This document shows, piece after piece, positions 37,201 through 50,138 of a DNA stretch of 51,135 nucleotides. The notes under the pieces are model-generated. The model worked only from the letters and a program-made list of their open reading frames with translations, did no database searches and had not been told where the DNA came from. Position 1 is the stretch's first letter; every line of letters starts with the position of its first letter. Position numbers and translations under genes: made by a program. Source of the DNA: Girardia tigrina (taxonomy: Eukaryota); assembly GCA_001938485.1 (NCBI GenBank), contig MQRK01177396.1, positions 4,600 to 55,734 of the forward strand. Direction: 5' to 3'.

Positions 37201-38046
37201 TCTCCATTGTAGTTTAAATTATTGCAATTCCTTGCAAAATGGCCCGGTTGACTGCAAGTATAGCATTTAGCAAAATATGTTTTATATAGGTGTCTCTCAT
37301 CCGCCTTCTCGACACCGTCATTGGACTTTTGTGACATTTCTTGGGGAGCGTTCTGCCACAAACGTTTCCCATCACGTCCTTGTGGCTGTCGGACATCATC
37401 TCAAATCAATTTATTCCTGACGGCCAAAACATTTTTTTCTCGATTTTCCCTTAAAAATACATCGGCCTTACTGGCAATACAATCTAAACTTATCTTTGAA
37501 TATTCGATCAAAGTTTGTATTTTTTCCTTCACATTCGACAGAAAAGAGCTGATAAAAAATAACCTTACTGTATTTTCGTCGGTAATGCGATATTTTGAAC
37601 ATAAGAGCTTTATATCACTCAATAAACTCTGGGCATTTTCATCGCCGTTCCATTTTCTTTGCTTCAATTCATCAAAAACTTCCACATCATTTTTTTTAAA
37701 CATTTCTTTCAATGCCGATTCGATTTCATCGATATCGCATTTCCGCGATTTATTTAATTAACCCAGACATCATATGCCTTACCTTCCAGCAACATTGGCA
37801 TGGCTTTAGCCAAATCTTCATTAGCTACTTCAGCTATGACTTTAGTGCGATCGAACCACTTCCCAATATCCTCTTCTCCATTGTATTGTTTAACAGTTTT
37901 AATCAATGTCTTCATCTTGGCCGAGTAGCTTGTAAGTTTGAAAAAATTGAGATGAAACAAAAAAAAACAAATCACGCTTTTAACAAAAATTTATTGTTAC
38001 GACAAAAGCCTGAATATTCAAACAAAATATTTCATCAATAATTATG
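34216..38046 (-). mobile_element. Full-length decayed compact gypsy-like LTR retrotransposon (3.8 kb), same lineage as 13476-16243
   Basis: LTRs of about 115 bp at 37931-38046 and 34216-34330. Gag from ATG 37915 with CYTCSQPGHFARNC, protease LLDTGS, RT KVRPVLDFREVN, LTRLGFGLASAPKIM and H*VDD, RNase H DPVKGVW..WCDAS..HINVAELE, integrase VDN..NGIVERCYHTIKR. Confidence 0.95.
37919..37930 (-). promoter_or_regulatory. Non-canonical primer-binding site complementary to a tRNA 5' end (N7-TAGCT pattern)
   Basis: Element strand reads LTR-CA|AGCTACTCGGCC|AAG ATG. The complement GGCCGAGTAGCT fits tRNA positions 1-12 with U8 A9 G10 C11 U12. Confidence 0.6.
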
Positions 38047-38169
38047 TAGGTATGAACAATCTATTTTATTGGATAATAAATACAGTTGTTCTAAATTTAA
38101 TGAATTTCTAAATGTAATGGATTTTCTAACTGTACTATTTGGTCCTTTTTCATTTATTGGGGAGAGGTT

Positions 38170-38830
38170 GGATCTATATCCTCTTCCACACTGTCGTTTC
38201 CCGATACTTTACAATTTGATTTAACATACCGGACTTAACCCCATTTAAAACATTTACGCTTACACTTATTTTGTGAGTATCCAAGACGATTGCGTCCGAC
38301 ACATCGAATTTTGCTGTGAATCGCTGCAACCACTTCTTGATTATGTTGTTGATCTGATATCTTTTTTGACCACACTTTTGGAATGTCAAATCATCGTTTA
38401 ATCTTGGCTACACTTCTTTTTGCGTGATGGCGAAGCTGTGAAGGAACAACATTAAACAAAATGCATCGATCGGATCATGATTTCCAGCCACAGTCTTGGT
38501 CAGTTGTTTGATTTTAGCCACTGAAACATCCAAACGATCACCCGGTGAATTTTCTTTTTACCAAGTAGTAGTAATGTATCAAATTTGCTCAAACCGAACA
38601 CTTGGTGCTTTTAATATGCTTGGTATTTCTTTGATAATCTGACGATAATCCCTTCCACATGTCATATGCCAACTCATCTTATATCATAACCTAGTTTGCG
38701 ACCTACTTTTCCACTAAATCATCAACTTCAATGGTAAACACAAATTGGTCGGTCCAACGCGGACATCTTTTTCAGCATCAAATTTCTTGAGATTCTTGAT
38801 TGCTTTTATTGCCACGACATATTGATAATA
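38170..38830 (-). mobile_element. Very decayed gag of the same LTR lineage
   Basis: KAIKNLKKFDAEKDVR..., ELAYDMWKGL (compare EGKAYDVW in the neighbouring element), and knuckle remnants RCVGRNRLGY and KCFKWG. Confidence 0.55.
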
Positions 38831-40120
38831 AGATTTTACAAAGTGATTTCTATTTACGATAATAAAATAAATAAATTCAAAAGGAAGGCCATTTGTCATT
38901 ACATTTATTGTATATATTATCTTGGCCTCACCATTTCAGCCCCTTGAAAGTTATGAGATAAATAAAGTATTAATATTGTTAAATAACTATTACACACATC
39001 TAAAATACACTTTACACGTTTAAGTATTTTAAAAATCTTAATGATGACTCAATCTCCCTTTCCATTCTTGTCTTTTAAATTAATTATATCTAATAACTGA
39101 TACATTAAATATTTTAAGTAATATAATGTATAATTAGAAAAAGGAATCATTGAATATGAAATAAAGGTTAATACGCGTTGCAATAAGACACTCAAAGCCT
39201 TTTTATAGAAATATCTTTTATATGGAATTGTGAAAGAAATATTTGAAAATTCGTAAAACAACCAAAAATGCAAAATAAATAACTATTTAATCGTCATAAT
39301 TTATCTAAGTAGAATAAGTTTTCAAATTTAAAAGTACGTAATAAAAAATTTATGTATTTAAAGAATGTAAAATTTGTGCATGTAAATATTGTTTAAAGTA
39401 GATTAAAATTGTGATTTTCGATAAGAATTTGAAAAAATTACTTATACTCAAAAAATAAGGGATTTTGGAAACCTAATTTAATTCTTTTAATCTTTACCAA
39501 ATGTAAGTCTAGATTCAAATTAAATCAATAACAATTATAGGAAAATATTTATACTTTAATTTTATTTTGTCAAAATAAAATTCGGAAAATGTTACTGGAC
39601 GAAGATGATAATGACTATGAAATATTATTGAGTTACACAAAGGAGAACCACTTCACAAAATTTGTCAATAAAATACTTTGCTAAATAAGTTGTCGGCATT
39701 ACTGAATTAAACGAATGATAATTGCTCATTAGTTTGCGTAGGACCAGAAGATCACTGAAAAGATTCAAATAGTAAAAAAATAAATTAAATGAATCTTTAG
39801 ATTGATTTCAATATAGTTTTACAACTATTAATATGTTAACTAAATTGATTTATGAAAGTCGTTACACTGGATACGAGACTTCTCAGGAAAAGTAGAGGAG
39901 TTACAACTTAATTATACAGAGCACAAAACGAAAATAAAAATTTGATACGTAATATATCACGAGTTTATGTTTTGATCGGTTTGGTAATGGTAACATTTTT
40001 ATAATTTAGTTACATATAATTATGTGTGATTTATACAATCTTTCTTTAGGATTTGATTTCATATCAGATTTGACTTTGAAATTATTTCACAATTTTATTT
40101 TCATTAATTATATAAATATA

Positions 40121-40334
40121 CACTGAAACCTCTGATTGCGAGTATAATCTTTTGCAGAATTATAAATGCTAAACTATCATGTTGAATAATGAGTAAGCTA
40201 TATCAAACTAAATGATGGCACTTGATTGACGAACTGGAGAGTACTACTCGAATTGCAAGACATCGCTCATATGTCGTTTGCTCGTTTTTCGAAAAACTCG
40301 TAAACCAAGTTACTTGAAATCCTAGGTTTGACTG
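40121..40334. mobile_element. Tigger/pogo-type MITE, 214 bp
   Basis: Imperfect TIRs CACTGAAACCTCTGATTGCGAGTA and TACTTGAAATCCTAGGTTTGACTG, each flanked by TA. Confidence 0.6.
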
Positions 40335-40461
40335 TATAATATAATTTTCTTTGTCAAATAATATATAAAAAATTACTCTCAAATTAATTTTCTTATTTTA
40401 AAGGAAATAGTTTTAAAATACAATTACTTGAGGAAACTTAGAATCTTTGCTGTTAAACATA

Positions 40462-42036
40462 CAGTCATGGCCAAAAGTAATCAAATAAATAAAGTCAAAT
40501 ACTACTAATATATCGACAGTTTCATACACTTTTAATATTTTGTATTCTGTCTTTTTGCAGTCACAACAGCCATGACCTGGAATTGCATCGAATTCGTCAG
40601 ACTTTCGCAGTAGGCTTGGGTGACTTCTTTCTCCAAAACTTTCTTTATAGCATCTGCTAGGTTGGCTTCTGACGTCTGATTCATCTAAGCGACCTTTTGC
40701 TTCATAGAAACCTTCATATTCTCAATTAGATTAAGGTTTGGACTTGATCACGGTCATGGTCCAAGAACTTCAATGTCGCTATCAGACAGCCAGTGGCCCG
40801 TTCGCAAGGTGCTCCGTCTTGTTGAAAAACATTATTCCTTATTGTTACCATGTGTCAAAAGCTTATCATGTAAAATGTTAAGGTGTGTGTTATATTTGTG
40901 TTTTTAGCCATGAACCACAAAGCACCTCATCCGCGTCCTGAAAAACAGCCCCACACAATGATTGTAGGAGCCTGTTTAACTCTTGAAGCCAAGTATCATT
41001 TTTTCAGTGAACATGCCTTAAATGTGAGAAGAATTGGGAAAACGTAGATTCATCCACATATTCTCGGTCCAGTTCTTGTATGTCTTACAGAAAGTAATCC
41101 TGTCCTTGTTATTTCTTGCAGTGCAACGTAGTTTTTTGGTTGGTTTTCGTGATGGAAGATCGAAATTCACTAACAAGCGACGTTTAATAGTCCTTGACCT
41201 GACATTGAAACGCGTTTCTGTTGCAATTGTGGTTGATGGACAGGTGGAATTCTTCACGGCAGCACGATGAAGTTGGCGATCGGTTGATGCTGACGTCACA
41301 CGAGGTCGTACTGATCGCTTTCTTGGACTGAAAGTCTGCTTTTCCTATAACAGTTTTAGCGTATAAAGCACTATGCTTTGTACTATATTTCCAATGTTTA
41401 AAAATTTTCGAGTTGAAAATCGCGACTGGGTCAATATTTTTATCTGAGCACGCTGTCCCGATGAAAGTTCACGCTTTTTTGATATTCTTACTGATAAATG
41501 ACTGAAATATTCTTTTAATAAAATTGACAGTTTACAACAATCGCTCTATGATATGACAACTAATGCACGCAAGTCCTACCAACAGCTGAAATAATGTATC
41601 AGTTGACACTTTCGTATACATTCAAGGACTGCCAAGCAGAGCTACACTCGAGGACAAAGTGCAGGTTTTGACCTCTTTTTTTAGACCACCCTGATGACAG
41701 CAGTCGACTGTCAGGTAAAAAAATTGCTTGCTCAGTTTTTTTTCAATAATGACAGCAACAGAACTAATGACTCATGTAGGCTGTGCGCTTTACCGCACAT
41801 TGTAAACCGCCACATTTCCGAGACTGCTATCACTGCTGTTTAGAGCAACCATTTTGAGTTCGTTCATTTCAGTTATGTAGTTAAATTAAACATAAATGAA
41901 AATAATAAATAACATATGTGACTTGCAATACGGAATCATATTCCTAACATGTAGAGGTAGTTGCTGTTGAAGGGAATGTGGAAAACACATTTAACTCAAA
42001 AAACGTTAAGTGATCGAATACTTTTCTCCATGACTA
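40462..42036 (-). mobile_element. Decayed Tc1 element (DD34E type), 1.58 kb
   Basis: TIRs CAGTCATGGCCAAAAGTA and TACTTTTCTCCATGACTA with TA flanks. Transposase remnants RPRVTSASTDR, SRTIKRRL, TIIVWGCFS, FQQDGAPC, SPNLNLIEN. Confidence 0.9.
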
Positions 42037-42727
42037 TATATATATATATTCAATAATACGTTATCATTACATCTTTTACACTTCTAAATCCCCATGTTTA
42101 AAACGTATTGCTCTTATTATTCAAACTGTACTGTATTTGCAAATTTTTATTTCTTGAAATCTTAAAAACTCAAAATATACTACATTCTTTTTTCATTTGT
42201 ATAAAATAGAAATGTATAAACTAAAGACTGCCTATAATAATGAAATCAATACGATGAAACCTTAATCAAATAAAATATTTTTTTGGTAATTTTTTATTTT
42301 GTCGATGTTAATCTCCTTACTATTTTATTCATTTTCAAAATTTCAAGGATATTATGCGGCGGAATTTCAGAAACCCCATCCAATTAGTATATGTAGAACA
42401 AAAGATTGTATTCGGGTTATTAAAAGCTTCTATATGTATCGAAATCATTTCGTTAAGAAGACTATTTAATAAGTTCAGGGCAGTGGATTTTGATATGATT
42501 GTATGTTTTTTAATTCGAATGCCAGTCATAATTTATTTCACTCTGTATTCAGATTTGTTCTACTCTAAAGTTTTCTTCATTCTTCAGATTAACAAACTTG
42601 ATATTCATTTATTTGTTGGATATATTATTATATTATGTTATATTGTTTGTAAAAAATGTTTTGAAGCAGTTAAATTTACATCAACAATTTATTTTATGAA
42701 AATATTTTACTCTTTTACATTATTTAG

Positions 42728-42946
42728 ACTGATGGGGACACTGACTCTGTGGAGCATGTAACGAAGAAACCATTGAATTCCATATTCAATCGGGACTGGT
42801 TGAACAGTCTTGGGGAAGGTATCAAGAAGAAAGCAAATGTGATGGCAGAATTACGAGTTTATTGCATTATTATAATTTGATTTTAATTATCAATTATTTT
42901 TAAACAGAAAGTTTTCTCTCACGGAAAACCCAAAGTATCGAAAAAG
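42728..42946 (+). CDS. Two internal exons (42728-42856, 42908-42946), probably continuing the 28631 gene
   Basis: AG/GT-bounded phase-0 open frames TDGDTDSVEHVTKKPLNSIFNRDWLNSLGEGIKKKANVMAELR and KVFSHGKPKVSKK around a 51-nt intron. Phase matches the donor at 29688. Confidence 0.5.
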
Positions 42947-43239
42947 GTATTTTTTTTCTACTTTGAACATTACTTTTATAATTTATATTAATGGGTAGTT
43001 AATCTTCTGCTTTAAATTCTACTAAACTTTTAAACCAATAAAGTAAAGCAATATTTTAAATTAATGTGCTGTGTTGTTTTTCTTAAAAACAGACGGGCAA
43101 TATTTTCTTTTCAAATTACATATTTCTTAACTCAAATAATAAAAATAAAACTTAGTGTTCTTTTTGACGAAATAGAAATATATAATTGCAAATGTCTTAA
43201 TATTTACTCTTAAAAGCTCTTAATGATAAATTTCATTGG

Positions 43240-43850
43240 TGCCTAACTAGTCGCATAGAATCAGTAACACCGGCTGCTGATACCTAGATAGTTGTCTTGC
43301 GTCTGATTTCCTGGGCTGTTTATACAGCATGGCATTCCAATCTAAAATATGGTCTGTCAACAAGGCCGGACTATAAGTGCGAATTTTAGAAATAAATGTA
43401 AAGTTATGTTAATATTGCTGCAAACTGAAATAATTTAATCTGTTGCTTTTCGAGTTTCACTTAAACTTGCGCTGTATAGACTATTTGTGTTCGCTCATCT
43501 GATAACTTCAAATCATTGAATTTTGACTACTTTCATACACTTTTATGATTTTTATGCTGATACATACGAGATTCATAAGTCATATTCAAATTTCAGTAAT
43601 TTGTTAATCATCTATTGTGTTTGAAATGTGAAAAATGATTGTCTTTCTTAATAATTCTCCATGGATGGGATCTTAAATTTTACAATTCAGCTTCTCTGTT
43701 TTGTATATTAGAGTTTTCTTCAAATTTTTGAACTAAAATTGTTTAATATCAACTTTCTAACATTTTAAGTATTGAAGAAATGAACACTAAGAGACAAAAA
43801 CTGGAATTTACCTTGTGCGATATGCTGGTCGCAGTGAAAGCAGTTATTAT
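43240..43850 (-). mobile_element. CR1/L2-like LINE ORF2 remnant
   Basis: Degraded PQG-like region near 43820 and a C-terminal RPxLExCxxVWxP-like region near 43330-43370. Confidence 0.4.
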
Positions 43851-44738
43851 ATGAATCATTATTACATTTATGTATTAATCACTGATTAAAATCCAAAATA
43901 TGGTAAATATGAAATAGTTTTACGTTATTACTTAACTTTATTCAATCCGATTAAAGTATAATCTTTTTATTAACTGATAAACACTCTCAGAAAATTATAA
44001 CTAAAAAATAAAATAATAATTTTCATTGATCTAAAAGAACTGATTTTCAGGACGAATATGTAGGGGCCTGCTAATATTACCAAGGTTCCTAATTAACTAC
44101 AACATATTTTAACCGTTTTAGGCCCACAGGGTCTTTAATCCCAAGACATTTCAACACAAGACTGAACTTTTCAAATGCGTTTACCAGGGGATTTATGCAG
44201 CCCGTTCCGTCTTTTACTATTTTGATCACGTTTTGATCATGCTGCCGTCACATTATAAACCTCTAGTCGTATTTGTTATCAAAAGATTGCTCCTCCGTTC
44301 AATAACTTACTATTCCACTTTCTGATTTTTGTAGAAAGTCGTCTTGAAACGGTTAAGAGGTTCATTTGTTAGTTAAATTAACAAGTAGGCAAATGGGAAA
44401 TCCTTAAACTCTAAAATTCATTACAGTTTATTAATTTATTGTTTGATAAAATTTATGCAAAAAACTAAAGTAATTTATCGTTATTTTTATGCAAAAATAA
44501 AAGAATAGTTTAATTAGACTAAACTTTTTTCATTTTCTCTCTTTCATCTATTGTGTCTTACTTTTATAAGGGATAAAAACCACATAAACATTTGATGATG
44601 CCAGATAAATTGTTCGAATAAATTATCAATAAATATTTTAAAAGGTTTTCTCTTTTCTTATAATTTACTAAATATTTTATTATATCCATTATATATTTAT
44701 ATACGACCGAAAAGGAAAAATAGCTACTATTATGACCG

Positions 44739-45340
44739 TAATAATAATAATAATAATAATGACAACCAGTTTATATTTTTAATTCCAAACATAGTCCTAT
44801 ATCCGGCAATACATCTCTCACCAGTTCTGCCTTCGATGACCATCTTAAAGGAGTTATGTAAACAACTTATATTAAGCTGATGGTGGTGATCCAATTTTAG
44901 ATAACATTAAATATAACAGTTCGATAAATTGGACAAAATTAAAGTTTTGTAAACAGTTAATTTATTATTTAATCAACTATTCCCAGTCGAATAAACATTC
45001 TACAAATATACATAGTACAAATATGTATAGTATAATATTCACAGATTTTAAGGACTCAATTAGGGTTTTGTCTGAGATTTGACTCCCACAATACCATTGA
45101 TTAATGACGGGATTAATATATTTGTCTATAATTGTTAATAAACGCTTACTTACTTACTACAGTACAAAACTCAAACTTTAAATATTTGAAAAACAATGTG
45201 ATCCATCTATTAGTATCCATCAAGTACTATATTATAATCTTGATAACATCTGTTACATTTTTAGATTGTTGGACTAGATACAGTGTAACGGAGGTTACCA
45301 TTAAAATTATGTACGATAATTGATGCAGATGTAGTTTATG
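44739..45340 (-). mobile_element. RTE-like LINE 3' remnant with (ATT)n tail
   Basis: FKYL near 45185, VIEGRTGERCIAG (compare QGKIEGKRxRGR) near 44820, and a trinucleotide tail at 44739-44760. Confidence 0.4.
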
Positions 45341-46579
45341 TCTTTAAATTCTTATTCATGAGGTTACCTTATCTTTTTAAAATTAAAATTCTTAATAATT
45401 TTTCTTACATCGGGAATAATAAATAATGACTATAATTCAGGATTATTTTAGGGGTTTCACATCAAACCTGAATCTTTTTAGTTAATGTTTGTTATCTCTC
45501 ACTCTCCATTAAAAACATCCAATGTTTTTAATGATATTGGTGTAAATGCGTTTAATATTAAATTCTTCCTCGAAAAAAATTTATTAGTGCGCTCACTATT
45601 ATATGAAAAAATGTCAATCTTTAAAATTATATTAAGTTGTGTCAGCTTTTCATTGGATTCTTTCGTTAAAAATTGTTATCAACTAGATCAAAATACAGAT
45701 TTTGTTGAAATTATCTGTAATACAATATCATCACAAGTTATTGTTTTGTTTGTTAAGTAGAGAATGTTACACTTTTGATAAGAATGAATCAAGAGGTTAT
45801 TCTTTACTTAATAACTTTTTATTGACAACAATCAGTTAGAATACTATTCTTTTCTGTATCTTCTAACTTATAGTAAACAATACATTTGAATTATTTATGT
45901 TTTTAAAAAAGAGTAAAGTATTATAAACGCTCTCTGTGGTTATTCCTCCGTGTTCTTCACGCCTTGTCAAAAAATATTTTTTTCGAAGATTTTTTTCTGT
46001 CATTTTTAAAATATTTTCATTATTATTTTATTGTTTTATTTGATCACTAAAGTCCGGTGTCGCATAACGATACATGAAAAATTACTGCTTTCAAATACTT
46101 CTAATAAATAAAAAGTTTATTTGTATTATTTTTTTTAATTTGGCTTTAAAAAATTTTTAAAACACAAAAAGTTTATTAACATTTAAAAATAATTATTACA
46201 AAATTCAGACATTTTGTTTAATGTTTAAAAAAGAAATTTTTATTAACTTTAAAGGTTCATATATTTTGTTCGCGTGATAGAACTTACTCGAGTGTACTGC
46301 AGCCATTACTGGTCAATGAGCAAAATAATGAGCAAACAGTAAAAAATAAGAGTGAAGATGGAACTTCACAAAAACAATGTCTTGGTGGGAAAATACGGAC
46401 GAATTACCTGTTCTTCTTCGTTGCATTTTGAACTAAATTTTCCTCTTATTGGAAATGTGTAATTATTTTATTTTTCTTATTTAATAATCAAGTAAACAAT
46501 TAATAATAAACTTCTTTTGTGATATTCTTTTTCATAAGTTTTTTATTTTAAGTCACTTTAATAAATACAATGACATCCT

Positions 46580-46690
46580 ATTTTTCTAGTCTTTATATAT
46601 TTGAACGTCTTTTACTCAATCAATTTTCTCCAATCTTTGCACACTTACTCATTCTCGATGACAATAAATGCTTACGTGAAAATTTGATCG
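46580..46690 (-). repeat. Dispersed repeat, copy 3 of 3 (inverted)
   Basis: CTTTGCACACTTACTCATTCTCGATGACAATAAATG is the reverse complement of the core at about 4403 and 26532. Confidence 0.85.
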
Positions 46691-47830
46691 AAATAACATT
46701 TTAAGGTTCCAAAATAGGAAAAATACGGAAAATTCGGAGTTCTTGAACAATATTAATTGGAAAAGATCTACTTATAAATTATAAGTAGTTTATATTAATT
46801 TTTTATTGTTTTTTAATTAAAATGTTATAAATGTTAAATTCTAAAATTTTAAAAACTTTGTTGGCAAAGTGGAGTTTTATCTGCATAAAGAATGGATATA
46901 AAATTTAATATTTTTATTTACTAGTTGCTACTAGTTCCGTCATATATCTCTAGAAGATTGACGATGCTCAATAACTTTACTTTTTTATCTGAAAAAGTGT
47001 TTTCCTTGAAAATTATATTTTCTTATCCAGATAATTAATATTTCATAAATTAATTTGTGTTATAAAATTTTAAGAGTGTGCCATATCCTCAAAATACAAT
47101 TTTTGAAAAAAAAATAATTATTATTATTTGATAAAGTTAAAATTGAACTGTGTGATTTATTTTTTTCAAAATGAAAACTGGGATTGTAATTTTTGTTTTA
47201 TGTAATGATTTTTCCATGTTGTCCTGTTACACAATCGTGCGATTTTCGTGATTCATTTTTGAATTGTAAAATATTTATTTTATTGAATATTTTCTGAACG
47301 AAATATGCGTACAAGTACATAATGATGCATATTATATGCGTCGTGACGCATTGTATGATTAGTTTGTAAAGATTCTTGTTACTGGCAATCGATATTGTTT
47401 ATTTGATTTTTTAGACCTTTTCATTTATCTGTTTTTTTCTGATTCTAATATTAATATTCTCTTATAATTTATTTGCATAATTGCTAGACTTTAAAATATT
47501 TCATTGCTTAATGATTTTTGATCTGTATTTTCAATATTTTTATTCTTTCTCTACGAGAGAAGATTTGAATGTCAATATCATCTGAGATATTTGATATTAG
47601 TTTTTCCCAAAATGTTTTTTTAATTTTATATATTTTCATTTTTATTTATAAATTTTATATAAAATTGCTATTAGATAATGATTTATTTAAATCTTATAAA
47701 ATAAATCTATATAATTAAAAGAAAAAAAAGTAGTATGAATTTACAAACACACTAAAATCGTACTATTTGTTTTAATTGAAATAATCTATTAACAAATGTA
47801 CGAGATAAAAAGAAGCAAATTTGATTAAGA

Positions 47831-48045
47831 ATGTTTTGTGGCCAACGCCTTTCAATGAATAGAACAATGCGAATTGTATTTTCGGAAAGGAATATTATGA
47901 TTAATTTTCAAAGATTAAAAGAAATACTTGATAAAGTTGTCTCGAAAATAAATTTCATGAACTTGAGATCTTTAAATTCGCGCAATTTTGATTATTTATG
48001 TGGAGAAGTTGGAAGCAACTACAAACATTTACTATTAACTATCGA
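47831..48045 (+). mobile_element. hAT (Charlie/Buster, ZBED5-like) transposase fragment
   Basis: LKEILDKVVSKINFMNLRSLNSRNFDYLCGEVGSNYKHLLL matches the Buster-family motif preceding TEVRWLS. Confidence 0.75.
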
Positions 48046-48495
48046 AGAAACATTTTGTATAGAATTTTTTAAAAACAGGTTTTATTATTTCATCATAACG
48101 AGAAAAAAACTCGAATTCCGATAAATTTAATTATTTTTCAAAATCGAACCCATACGAAAATGTCGATGATGTCCCTTGTTTTCCAGATTTATTTGCAAAG
48201 TATGTAGGCCATTATTACCTCACAGATTCTTTTTTTCCCAATTTAAATAAAATTAAGTGTTCATATAGTTTAGTTTTTTATATACAAAAAAGAACTTGCG
48301 GGCATGGATTTTTTGTAGTATTTTTAATAAAATATAAATATAAATTTATTTTAAAATAAAGTTTTTTGTACAATTTGTATGATAGACTACTTTGCGAAAT
48401 TCTAATAAAACTGTTTTTTAATTTTCGAATAATTTTAATAAATATGAACTATTTTAATAAAAATATTAATATGGGGTCTACAGAAAGAATAATTA

Positions 48496-50138
48496 CCGTA
48501 TTTATCGCATTCCATTTTTTTTAAAATTTTGAAAATTAAATTCGACAGCGTATAAGTCGCAAATTTTTGTGACTTGAAAACTTGAATCAAAAACTTATTT
48601 TAAATTATGCAAATGAAGAAATCATTAAATTTAAACTAATATTATTTTAATTTTGATTTAAATTATTTTTGTTTTTATAAAATAATTTGAATTTCAAATC
48701 CACGCTAAAAATGAAGAAAACAAGAAGATCGTTTACGGTCGAAAGAAAATTGGAAATTATTACTTATGCTGAAAAACATGGTAACAGAGAAGCAGAAAGA
48801 GAATTCAATATAAATGAAAAAAAAATTCGGGATTGGTGAAAATTGAAAAATCTTTTAAACGTAATGCCGAAAAAAAAGAAAGCAAAAAGAGGTGGATTTG
48901 TAGATTGGCCCGATTTAGAAAAGGCTGTTAAAAGTATGCATTTCAGAATAGGGATAAAGGGTTTTAAGTTTCTACATTTGATATTAGATTAACAGTGAAA
49001 AAAATGGCAAAATATCATTTTAAATAGAAAATTTTAAAGGTACGAATGGTTGGTGCACAAGATTTAGGAAAAGAAATAATTTAAGCATAAGAGCAATAAC
49101 TTCAGTTGGACAATCGTTGCCAGCTGATTGAGAAGAAAAAAATAATCATTTTTACTTTTTATTAAAGATAAAAAGAGAGATATCGATTTGAAGCATCTTG
49201 GGAATATGGATGAAGTTTCTATTAGTTTCGATATTCCGGATACAAGGACAGTTGATGAAAAAGGAAAAAAAGATATTCTGAACAAAACAACCGGAAATGA
49301 AAAATATAATTTTACAGTTATATTAACTGTAACTGCCATTGAAAAAAATGTAAACCAATGGTGATATTTAAAAGACTAACAATGCCCAAAGAAAATTTTC
49401 CAAAAGGAATTATTGTTGAAGTCAATAAAAATGGATGGTCAAATAGTGAAATAATGAAAAAAATGGATACAAAAAATTTTGATAAAAAGAAATGATTCCT
49501 TTTTTTAAGCCAAAATCACTTTTAATATACGATTCTGCTAGATGTCGTCTTACTGAGGAAGTTAAAAATGAAGTCAAAAAATATTCTGAACTTACAGTGA
49601 TCCCTGGTGGCCTCACTAAAATCCTTCAGCCACCTGATCTATCAGTTAACAAATCGTCCAAATTTAAGCTAAAGATATATTGGGTAAATCGGATTATCAA
49701 TGATTGTCACATTTACAACAAAACGGGGAAAATCAAAAGAGCGACATATTCAGAAATATGCGATTGGATTGTTAAAAGCTGGGTGTATTAAAAACCACAG
49801 TGTATTAAAAATGAATTTAAGAAAGGATGCAAACTTATGATGAAAATATCGAAGGTTATGATGATTCAGAAATTGAAACTGGAAGTGAGTAAAAGATTTA
49901 CAAGAAATCCAAACGGAATTTTTGCACATTTTCGAAACATTTGAAATAATAGATGATGAAGATTTTGATAGATTCGAGGAAACCAAATAATCTTAAAATA
50001 AAATTATTGGTTTTGTTTTTATATATTGATGTATTTATTTTTATATAAGTCGCACACGTGTTTAAGTCTAACCAATTTTCTTTTAATTTTCATACTTTTT
50101 GTTCATATAAGCCGCGGTTTATAGTCCGATAAATACGG
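48496..50138 (+). mobile_element. Decayed pogo-superfamily (POGK/Passer-like) transposon
   Basis: TIRs CCGTATTTATCG and CGATAAATACGG with TA flanks. Transposase from 48711 MKKTRRSFTVERKLEIITYAEKHGNREAEREF, with GNMDEV, IYDSARC and IPGGLTKILQPPDLSVNK. Confidence 0.9.

Noticed and set aside
41690-41716. CTGATGA plus hairpin inside the Tc1 leader
   Set aside because: No GAAA box or stems I and III, so not a hammerhead.
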